A stretch of DNA of 64,000 nucleotides. Source: Podarcis liolepis (lineage: Eukaryota). The notes under the pieces are model-generated. The model was given only the letters and a program-made list of their open reading frames with translations. It was not told the DNA's origin and searched no databases. The DNA is taken from NCBI GenBank assembly GCA_965112155.1, contig OZ218107.1, one strand, 5' to 3'. Below, piece after piece: positions 1 through 10,828 of the stretch. Both the position numbers and the translations under genes were made by a program. How positions within the stretch are numbered: the first letter of the stretch is position 1; every line of letters begins with the position of its first letter.

Positions 1-1718
1 CTTGGCTCTCTGCCCACAGGGCGAAGGCAGGCAGCAATGTTTGGGGACATAGGGCTCCCAGGATTCTCCACTAACACTCCTCTACTAGAAATATGCAGAG
101 CTGCCACCTGGGCCTCTCCCAGCACCTTTACAGGACACTATTGCATAGATGCCTTCACTTCAATGGAAGCCACCCTCAGTTGGAAGGTCCTACTTCCTGA
201 ACACTGCAGCCTCTCTCCCACCTGAGATTGGGACATAGTAAAGCTATCCCAAACTGCTGACCTTTCATTGCAGAAATTGGAAAAAGTACTTGAATCATAC
301 TTTTCCATTGCCAATGAAAGGTCAGCTGGGCCCACCCTTAAGACCGGCTGCAGTACATCTGCTCTTCACTTCACTTTTTCTTAATCCTACATCCCAGATA
401 TATATAGAATAGAGTTTTTCTTTCTATAAGTCCTGATCTGTCTTGAGCTTGGTGAGTTCACAAACTGAATCCTGGGAGCTCTACGCCCTAAATGTTGCTG
501 CCTGCCTCCGACCTGTGGGCAGAGAGCCAAGACCCAATCTGCTGACCTTTCATTGGGAATGGAAAACTACAATTCAGGTAGGTACAATCATACTTTCTCT
601 TTATAATCAGCATGCTAGGGGCATGAGCAGTATTCCATTCGCTCATCTTTCTAAAGGCAGCTGTAGAAATTCAGTATAGTTACTAGCTCTTGGGCACACA
701 AAATTCATTATGCAAAACAGTACTGGAGGGATTCCTAGGCATGCTAAGGAAGCCACCTGTAATTAAACATCAATTTCACTTATGTATCTGTGGTTCAGTT
801 TTTCCTCTGTGGCCCATTCTCTGCTTAATAGCAACACTAATACTGTAGATCAAACATAGCTTCTTGTGATCTTTAGTTTATATTTACATTATAAAGGCAA
901 TACTTTTCTAGAAGCTCTTACCAGCAGTTCTCACCTTCAACTACCAGACCAGAACATAATCAGGTAGGTGTCCAGAGACAGACAGCTTTTTAAAGAAAAT
1001 GTAAATATGTATTGGACAGAAAAGGCAAAAGCTAATTGGCATTATCATATGCTAATAAATCCATCAATTCTTAACACTGTTAAACAACTTATGTAGGTTA
1101 GTATACAATTTCTATGTGCACCTCTAGCCAAATGAAGAATTACATAAACAAATGAGTGCTGTGTACTCAGTTTCTCCTCCAAGTTGTCCAGGGTGTGCAT
1201 GGTTAGCTGTTAGGAAAATCAGTGACAATGTAGATTAGCTGGGTAGGACTAAACCCAGCCAAACAGCCAATTGGTGTGTTTGCTGATTGTTTTACAAGCT
1301 GCACACACACATACTTGGAGCAGCGTTATTAGCAAGAGAGAGAGAAAGAAAAGCAATTTTGGCAACCTGATCTTCAAGGCAAGTTGTTGAGCATGAGTTC
1401 CTTGTGTTACTGAGAACAAAACAGCATACATACAGTTGATAAAATTATAGTTATATACCTATAACTTCAGATTTTATGTAGATACATCTCTTGTTGCACT
1501 GGACTCATTCTGTGAGAGCAGTGAAACCAATGAATCAATATCCTCTTGGATTATCATGATAAAATAGAATATAGACTGTAGCCTCAGGAAAGCAATCCAT
1601 GGTGCATGCCGTGTGGATAATGATGTGCTACTGTGTGACCCAGTTTGAGCACTGTTTTAATGCTCAGCAATTAGAGTAGATAAAGCATCATTGTGTTTCT
1701 TTTGTATTTGTTTCAAAG

Positions 1719-1829
1719 CAGATAGATCCCACTGAACAAAAGACTCTTGCCAACCTACCATGGATTGTAGAACCAGGACAAGAAGCTAAAAGAGGAATTA
1801 ATACCAAGTATGAAACCACAATTTTCTGA
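1719..1829 (+). CDS. ANKS1B: ANKS1B (AIDA-1) last coding exon, QIDPTEQKTLANLPWIVEPGQEAKRGINTKYETTIF*
   Basis: Pyrimidine tract plus AG acceptor at 1717-1718. Translation matches the recalled C-terminus of mammalian ANKS1B/AIDA-1 (QIDPSEQKTLANLPWIVEPGQEAKRGINTKYETTIF). Convergent with APAF1 as in the human locus. Too short for the ORF track. Confidence 0.93.
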   Translation, partial: QIDPTEQKTLANLPWIVEPGQEAKRGINTKYETTIF

Positions 1830-3620
1830 TAGTGAACTGTCCTCTTGTTTCTTGTTGTGCCTTGCACTCAAAGCAGTCATAGCACAGCCTTTCCTTGACG
1901 GCAACTCTTCAGTCTAGTAGAGGGGAAGACTGCACTATATGAGTGGCCTTGAAACTAGCAAAAACATACAAACAAAAACAAAAGGCTGCTGGTCATTTCT
2001 GGTGATTGTTCTTCCTGCAGCACTGATAGAAGAATGACATGGGATGAAGACTTTTCAATTACAGCCCACAAGAGGAGTGGGAGATTGTTTCACGCACGCT
2101 CTTCTCTTAGGACTTTGCCACAGTGCTTTCTTTTGATTTCGTATTTTAACGTTCTACTTTCACAAAGGTCTCTAACGGTAATGCTGCTTAGTAATACAAC
2201 GTTCAGTTGTGGTTGGGTTTTTATTTTCACACATGGCAGTTTTTAAATTGAAACAAACCCAGATTAGTTAACAAAATATTTGAGATATGTTTGTGAAAAC
2301 ATGGGGATCTATATAAGTTAATTCTACTGTTTAATATGCTTTTCAAAATTAGTAATGGCAAGACATTAGCTTCCTTGACTTCTGTATTTGCTGGTCTATG
2401 TATTCTTCATGCCATTTAATCCTCTAGAGAAATGAGGTTATATATGTCAGTGTGAAACAGAATCAGAGTTTATTAATGGCTTAAAAAAAAAGAGGAATTA
2501 ATAATGCATGAAAATGCACCTTGTATTAAATATTTTTGTGGGAGAGAAGAAAACTATAAGAGCAAGTATGATATTTATGATAAAGGAGGTCATTAATTAT
2601 GAAGAGAGTCTGGCTTTATTTTAAAGTTAAATAAACTGCTGCTGTACTATCTAACAGTAGTAACAGTGGGGCCATCAGTATGCTGGATGCTTCACTTCAT
2701 GGGGTAAAACGGAAGCTGCCCAGCAATTGCACTACAGGCACATGCAACTATACACAGTTTTTCAAGTTATTATAGCCATGAGTTTCGGTTTTTAAAAATC
2801 TGAAAGATGGTTTTAAACAAAACTAGGAATTTTATCAAATTTTCTGTCTCAGAAAGCTGGTTTTAATGAAAAAGTTCAACTCAAAAGGTTTTTTCCTAAA
2901 TGAAGTAAACCATTCCAAAGTAATAATTCTTTCCACAAATCAGTTGAGCATTGGCTTGACAGTTGACTTAATGAAATTTGCTTACCATTTTCTTTGAAGT
3001 ATTTTAATTTTTTAATGTCTTTGTGGAGTATTTGTATAATAACATTATGTATTTCAGTGAAACTGAATGAATTATAACAGTAAAAATATCAATCATAGGC
3101 AAAAAATGACATTTTAATGTATGTTCTATCCAGTCAAATTGTGAATCATTTTGAACTTCATTATAGAGATATTGATGAATAGTGTGGTTGACTTAAATGT
3201 TTTTTATTATTCTTTCATATTTAACTGAAAGGTTTCAGTTACATTCAACAACTGAATTTTTAACAAAATTGATAATTGAACTTGATTTAAAATTCAAAAT
3301 TGTATATGGTTTAGTTGAACCTAATCATAGCGCTGAATGACAAAAAACCTTTTAATACAGTATTCAATTTACTTGAACCAATCAGCTCCTTGTACATATT
3401 ATGCCTATTCATTGTTGATATGTATGTAGTAGGCTGACAGTAAACACTGAAAAATATAGTACCAAAAGGAATATTGTATAGGAGAAAAGTAAATAGTAGC
3501 CTCACTGCAACAAATACTTCTGTGTAAATATGCTTGGGCTTCCAGTTATAAATTTTGTAATTTTTGTCATTATTTATATCCTATAAAAGCACACAAAATA
3601 AATTGAAGTTGTACAGTCAG
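1830..3620 (+). other. ANKS1B: ANKS1B 3' UTR (end approximate)
   Basis: AT-rich, repeat-free stretch after the stop codon, with AATAAA at 2630-2635 and 3597-3602. Confidence 0.6.
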
Positions 3621-4403
3621 CATTAGTTTCTGGAAAATTTAGTATTGATAATATTGAACATTAAGCTGTTGTTAAGTGATGGATCAGTCTTAAGTGTCAA
3701 AGAGACAATGGTATGATCCTATGAACCATTTCACTTCCACCCTAAGCTATCTAAAGAATATCTAATACTCTGCTATATCTCTCTACTGGGAGTACCTCTC
3801 ATGCCACCTGTAAGATACTTGGGTCTCATTCTTCAAACAGCCCCTTCAAAGTTTACTCTGAAAATATTGAAAGTAAGAAAACCAAACACTACCTCAACAT
3901 GGTCTTCAGGTACGTGGCAGCAGAGTCCTCTAAAAGAAATGGTAGCAATGGTGGGGGGACGAGAACCAAGTTCCCAAGAGAAAAAGCTTGTGATCCAAAT
4001 GGTAGCTGCCAAAAACTCTCTCTCTCTGCCCTTGCTGCTATAGTTGACTTAGGGAAACAAAAGCAAAAGTCATGAAGGAAGGCAAAAAGCATTTTCTGAG
4101 TCCAGTGACACAAATGAGGCACCAGAGCTGAAAATATCACAAAATATAATACTTCGCTCCTCCTTCCTTGAAACCATAAAGCTTATTTGCACATATTTGG
4201 TGAAGCTGGCACAAGAGGACCTGAAACAGATGCATCTAATTCACCCATAATACGGCTTATGCCCCCAAAAGTGCTTTTGTTCTCAAGAGTAGCAGTCAAT
4301 GGTGTATTTTTTCTTCAAAAAATTAATTTCAATTTAGTAAGTTTGCAATCAACTCACCCCACATTCTGGCAGAGGAAGGGCATTATATATTGAGCTTTTA
4401 GTT

Positions 4404-4539
4404 CAGGCTTCCTCAAACTCGGCCTTCCAGATGTTTTTGGCCTACAACTCCCATGATCCCTAGCTAGCAGGACCAGTGGTAAGGGATGATGGGAATTATA
4501 GTCTTAAAACATCTGAAGGGCCGAGTTTGAGGAAGCCTG
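4404..4539. mobile_element. hAT-type MITE
   Basis: TIR CAGGCTTCCTCAAACTCGGCC at both ends; 8-bp TSD TTTTAGTT at 4396-4403 and 4540-4547. Confidence 0.9.
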
Positions 4540-6300
4540 TTTTAGTTAGATCTGAGGGCTTCAAACCCTACAACAAGCATTCACTTGAAAGGGCTAAAAA
4601 TTATTGGCTATCCACTAGATACAGAATGGCAGTGCAGAACTTAGAATCTGTCACAAAGTGATGGCAAATGAAGGCCAAGTGAACATAATCAGCTGGCAGT
4701 TAGGGATACTTTCTACAAAGAAAATCCCTTTTATATTCGTCTCCCTGCTATAGGGCCACATACATCTCAGAGTACTTTTTATTCACTTCCTTTCATTTCT
4801 AAAATAAACTGAAAAGCATATCATAAATTCTCTCATCCATCCCCTGGGCTGCTGTTACATTCACTTCTTCCTCTTATAATGGCTTAATTTCCCGAAATTA
4901 AAACAAATTTCTGCCAAAAAACAACAACCGATTATCTCTTTTTATATTCCTTCAGTGCACCCTTTGGTGCTTTCCCCTCAGAGAAGAGAGGATTTATTTC
5001 CTTCCCCTACCCCCAAAGTCTCCAATTCTCAGTCACATTCACATACTTCCACCTTTGTTTCTTTAGCCCTACATGGGCAGAAGCACACACCTCAGATAGT
5101 TCTGAGGTGGAGACACCAGCTTCCATCTCAGATTTGGGGCAGGAGAGACGTCCTGACTTGGAAGGAGGACTGAAGTAAGGGGTAAGAGTTTGAGCATGTG
5201 TGGTGCTGGGGAGATGCGGAGGCACCACAGCAACTCTGGCTGCTGCTTCTTTTTCTCTTCCCTCTGCTCCCCACCCCTTTTTTGCCCCTCTCCCTCCCCC
5301 AGTTGGTTTGCCCATCTGCCTGCTGTCAGTTTTCTCTCCTCCAGCCTTGCATGCTATAGCCTCACTTTCATAACTCACATTCTCACATATGCCTATGCAC
5401 TGAGCTTGCAGGGAGCTGATGCTGGGGCAGTTGGGAGCATGGTGAGTGAGGAAGGAGGCACTGGGGTGGCTGCACTTTTGAGGCCCACTGGCTATCCCTG
5501 GCCCACAGTTTGAGAAACCCTCTTTGAGGCAGTTCTCATAGAAAAAGAAAAGCACACAAAAAACCAGTTAAGCTCATGGAAGGCATAGCTATTGTATATC
5601 ATTACTTGCCAATCAATAAATTCCCAAGACAAATGACAGTCTCCGCATCAGGTTGTGAAGAAGTTAATTCCCCCATCAACAATCACATTCTTTTTGATTT
5701 CCACAATCCAATCAGTTTGACAGCAGCCACTTCCCAACAGCAATTTAAGGTACTGCAGTACTCAGTAATATTTACATTGTTATGTCAAAGGTTTGAAAAC
5801 AGCATTGCTTCTAGTGGCTAGTTTGCAAGCATGACATGCCTAAAATGTGCAATGCTACAGAAACAGTTTTGCTTAATGAATGAAAAAGAAAACACTCCAG
5901 CTCATATCGAAGAGTTTTAAATTTAAGATATTTGATATCCTAACGAACAGAAAACCCAAAGAAGTGTTATGTCTGTGTATAACACATCCAAATCACAATG
6001 CTTTTCAAAATCTCAAGGGCTCTACGATAATGGAAATTAAAAATAATTGAGACTTACCTGAACACGCATGGTAGTTTTTCATTTAGCAAAGCTGGGAACA
6101 CCATCTAAAAATAATCTGAGATTTCTAAATTAAGAACTGCTGTATTTCTCTTTACTTCTGCTCTCAGCCTACCCAGGAACTGTGTTTTTCATTTAAGGTT
6201 GGGTACAATTCTGGGATACAAGCTAAACTCAGAATGAGGAGCAGTCATTGTTTTTTAATCCTGAAATCCTAGGTGTGTCATCTGATAATTGTAGCTATTA

Positions 6301-6542
6301 CAGTGGTACCTCAGGTTAAGTACTTAATTTGTTCCGGAGGTCTGTTCTTAATCTGAAACTGTTCTTAACCTGAAGCACCGCTTTAGCTAATGGGACCTCC
6401 TGCTGTTGCCGCGCTGCTGGAGCATGATTTCTGTTCTCATCCTGAAGCAACGTTCTTAACCTGAAGCACTATTTCTGGATCAGCAGAGTCTGTAACCTGA
6501 GGTGTATGTAACCGGAAGCGTATGTAACCTGAGGTACCACTG
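6301..6542. mobile_element. Tc1/mariner (Tigger-like) MITE, family A
   Basis: TIR CAGTGGTACCTCAGGTTA; TA on both flanks; second copy at 38228-38449. Confidence 0.88.
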
Positions 6543-6870
6543 TATATCCAGTCTCTCTCCCTCTCCCTTTTTACTTTTTAACTGAAACTTACACAGGGGC
6601 TTATGTTCTAGGGATAAAGTCAAAATCACGTATAGTCAAAACCCATTGATTACATGGCAGGTGGCATTGCCAAAGTATTTTTTACTGCCGTGGCTCTATG
6701 TATACAATTTCCACACTGCATACTCTTTACTAGAGTTGGATATGCCATTTGGAAAAAAAGCCACTGAAAGCCTTCTCCTCCATAGATTTGTCAAATCCTC
6801 CTTCAGTCATCTCAACTGGTGGCCATCACTGCTTCCTGTGGGTGTGAGTTCCATAGTTTAACTATGTGTA

Positions 6871-7285
6871 CAGTGGTACCTCGCAAGACGAATGCCTCGC
6901 AAGACAAAAAACTCGCTAGACGAAAGGTTTTTCCGTTTTCGATTTGCCTCGCAAGACGAATTTCCCTATGGGCTTGCTTCGCAAGACGAAAACGTCTCGC
7001 GACTTTGTTTTCTTTGTCTAAAAACAAAGACATGTTTTGTTTATAAAGTTAATTTATTTTCCCTTCAATTTTTGAACTGCTCTTTACAGTATGTGTGACT
7101 TTAAAGAGCAGTTAATAAACTGTTGTTGTACCAAATTTGGCTTTGTTTGGACTTTTTTTGACCATAGGAATGCATTAATTGATTTTCAATGCATTCCTAT
7201 GGGATTTCGTGCTTCGCAAGACGAAAAATTCTCTAGACGACAAAAATTGCGGAACGAATTAATTTCGTCTTGCGGGGCACCACTG
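6871..7285. mobile_element. Tc1/mariner (Tigger-like) MITE, family B
   Basis: TIR CAGTGGT(A/G)CC(T/C)CGCAAGACGAA; TA flanks; internal GCAAGACGAA repeats. Confidence 0.88.
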
Positions 7286-10200
7286 TACTTACTTTATCTG
7301 CAATACCCCACCCTGATTTTATGAGAAAAGAGATGAAACTATAGTTACTTACCCGGACTACCTTGCCATGGTGGCCTTTTAATTATGGAGACACAAATAC
7401 CAAAGAGGCTGTGAGGAAGAAACTGTTAAACAATGCCCCTGCCCAGCCCAAGGAAGCCATTCACAGTAGCACAGCAGAGGGGTTTGTGCTGTCCCATGAT
7501 GATATCAGAAAGCAGCCACTAGATGCCATAACACTGTTTCACTACTTTGCCCACACTGGAGGCTGCGCTTGTCACTAAGCAACAGAGAAAGGGAATTCAG
7601 ATATAATTAGAAGATCAAGCTTTCAAAGCAACAAATTTCTCCACCAGACAATTTCCCTTATGCTCACAAGGACATAACTTACCATTTTTAATACAGTGAG
7701 ACACAATGACACTTTGAACTGAGCCAACTGTGAGTCATGGTTTTGTCCTCTACAGATGAATCATGGAAAACACTCCTTCACCTGCAATTCTGCCTTTCTT
7801 TGGTTTGCATTATCCCAGATCACCTTTGCATCCAAACTGGCAAACTCTGGTTTGAACCTGCACAGCAGACCAGGACTGCAAACCAGATTGGATACTGGTT
7901 TGAATTGCAAGCACAAGTAAAAGTTTACCAGTTTGTATGTAAGGGCACACTAGGAATACAAAAACCAGGGATGGATAGAGGCGATTACAATATACAAATG
8001 AAGTGACCATTTTATACTGATTTACAGAGTTTCACAAATGATCTTCCTACAACTGACTCCACTTGCAAAGCTACTGAGCTTTGGCACAGAGAAAACATCG
8101 TCTTTCCACAAAAGACAAGATCTAGATGCTTGTTCTATTCTTCCAACACAATCTATGCCTCTTTACTTGGAAGTAAGCCTTGCTAAGTTCTAATGGGGCT
8201 TACTTCTATGCACCCTTGTATTCTATATGAGAAAAGAAAATTCTCATATGGAGAAGACTTTGAACTTTGGAGAAAAGGAAGAAAATGTATGGACTAAGAT
8301 AGAAAAAATACACCACATGCTGCAATATATTAAAATATTTATTGCTTTCAAATGCACAAACTTGTTTAATTAAAACCCAGCAACTTTGCTAATGCAAAGT
8401 TTTAGAAACATTAAAAAAATCAGCAGTCAGCAAAATCAGCAATTTCCCTTGATGCACAGATATATTCCAATTAACACCAACACAGTACAGTATAGCTAAA
8501 AGCAAAAGTTGAGCTGCTATTAGTACTCCGATTATCTCTTGTAATGCCAGATAAACCGGAAACAATTCCTTTCTCCTAATGTAATAGACCAATGAGCCTC
8601 ATTTTAATTATCTAGCTTTATCTTAAGTTCCAATAGATAACGCCAGCGGAAAATTTAGACAATCTCATTTGATGAATGTTACCTTAAAATATTGTCCACA
8701 AGCCACTAAAATCTAAATTAAACCTTTTTAAAAACCCAACTAAATCCTTGTTTCTTCAACATCCTTCATTGAATCTTAATGAGCCCCCATAACACAATAA
8801 TTCTCCGCTCCAGCTGCTGCACAGCCATTCAGTGGAACACTGTGTCAAAGAGTAAGGGTTTCCTTTACATCCCTTTGAATTGTGTTATTCTCTTAATGGG
8901 AAGACTTCCTAGCAAGGGATGCACAGGTGAGAATAGGGTCACAGTTCACTGAAGCTAGCCCAAAGGATCACATTTCCAGATACAGCATTGAGGGTACTGC
9001 TAATTAAAACACAACATTTTTTAAAAAAAATAATGCAGAAAATGCAGAAAGGCAATAATTAAATTTAACCTGAAACATAAACACAAGAAGTACTGAAATG
9101 GAGATGGCAAAAACTTTGAAACAAGTGTAACTAATTGGTTGCTAAAATTATTAGAGATTGCTTATGCATTGGAAATAATTTCTATTCCTAACCTGCTCAT
9201 AAACTCCTTAGACGTTAATGGTGAAAATCCTAGATTTGTGGTGTGTACTCACAGTCGGTGACACCAACATGGGAAAGAGCCACATTGCAGACTCTTCCCT
9301 TTTGGCCTGAAGTCCTGACATCACTGGACTGGCTCCCATTCCATTAAGATGATGACGGGAGGAGTCCCAAGTATGACTAGAATTTGACCCGAAGGGGGAC
9401 AATATATTTTGGTTAAAGATTATATTCAACATGAATTATTTTATGTTGTCCTTTTCAATTAAATATCTGCTGACACAAGAGTGAAGAAATTCAGTTGAGA
9501 TAAAACTGAGATATGCTATGTTAAAATAAAAAATAAAGCTACATTGTGATTTTGCAATCAGAAAACTTCATTTAAAATAATACTATCTACTTCAGTAGAT
9601 CTGACACTGACATTTTGGTTTTATCCAAAAACAAACAGATAAGCCAGCTTCCAATAACTTCAGGGAAACTTTACCTTCAGAAAATTGCACCTGCTTTATT
9701 CTTAGGGCATATGGAGACAGAGTTCTGCGCCTTTACCACACTGGCCCAGTTTGCATAAACAATGGCTTAAATGTGAAAGTATGTGATACTCACGGAGCAA
9801 ATTACAGCTGCTTTGTTGCAGCACTACGCAGAACTAAGCCACTGTTTGACTTAGTGTTATGTCTGAGCCAGTGTTCATGGGTTGTCTCATCCAGACAACT
9901 ATACTCACATTTTGATGTAATGCCAAGTCAAACCATGGTTTGGCTTACCTGTGTGGACCATGGCAGCAGCAGAGTCACAATTTTTCCTGCGAATACTCAA
10001 ACACTTGTAAATTCAATTGACCATGGTTTGGCCTAGATTTATGTGCAAACCAAGGTTATGTTTGAGAAGCATGAATCTGCTACTCCTAAAAACATAATAG
10101 TACCATTTGGAATTTAATTTTCTCCTACTGGAGTTTTTAGTCACATTGTGTATCATGGCTCTTAAAATTCTTTTTAAATATTAAAGTGGTTTTTTTAAGA

Positions 10201-10681
10201 ACAACCACACCCCTACTTTTGTCTCAAGACAAAATTGCATTAGTAAAACAGAAGTTTATGGTATTTTATGAAAATGTACTTATGGCTTAGAAACATTTGC
10301 CACTAGATCAGTGAAAATATTTCAGTTATCATAGGGCTGGTAATTCACCTTCCAATTACCATTAGTATACTACTTAGTATACATATTGGGTCAGGGCAAC
10401 TTTAGTCCTCAATAATTAGTCCCAATGATTTCAGGGGGACTAAAGTTGGGCTAAAGCTTAATCTGGATGTAACTAACCATGGGAAAAGCCACATATAAAA
10501 TGCATATCATCCTGCTGATCAAAACACAACATATAAAATGTATGCTGATTTAGGAACGTTTACAAATTTACCATACAGGTAATTTATGCCAGAGTAAAAA
10601 TGACTTCACAGTTTAAAGAAAGTTTTTTGGGAATATGCTTCCGGCTCAAAACACTGCAGTTACAATCAGTTTTAAACAGAT

Positions 10682-10828
10682 TTATTTCATAATCTGTAGC
10701 ACGTAAAGAATGCCAAGATTATCAACAGTCACACATACTTTAAAATCTGGAGAAACGTGTAATGATTTAAGGTTTGTTCCATTGGTATAGAATGTTTGTA
10801 GGAGTTGCCCAGTAGCTACATTCCACCA
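10682..10828 (-). CDS. APAF1: APAF1 exon 27 (last coding), WWNVATGQLLQTFYTNGTNLK...LYVLQIMK*
   Basis: AG acceptor 10829-10830; stop TAA 10682-10684; matches the APAF1 C-terminus. Confidence 0.95.
   Translation of the reverse strand, partial: WWNVATGQLLQTFYTNGTNLKSLHVSPDFKVCVTVDNLGILYVLQIMK

Noticed and set aside
9208-9432. 74-aa minus-strand ORF downstream of APAF1
   Set aside because: No recognisable homology or convincing splice signals.
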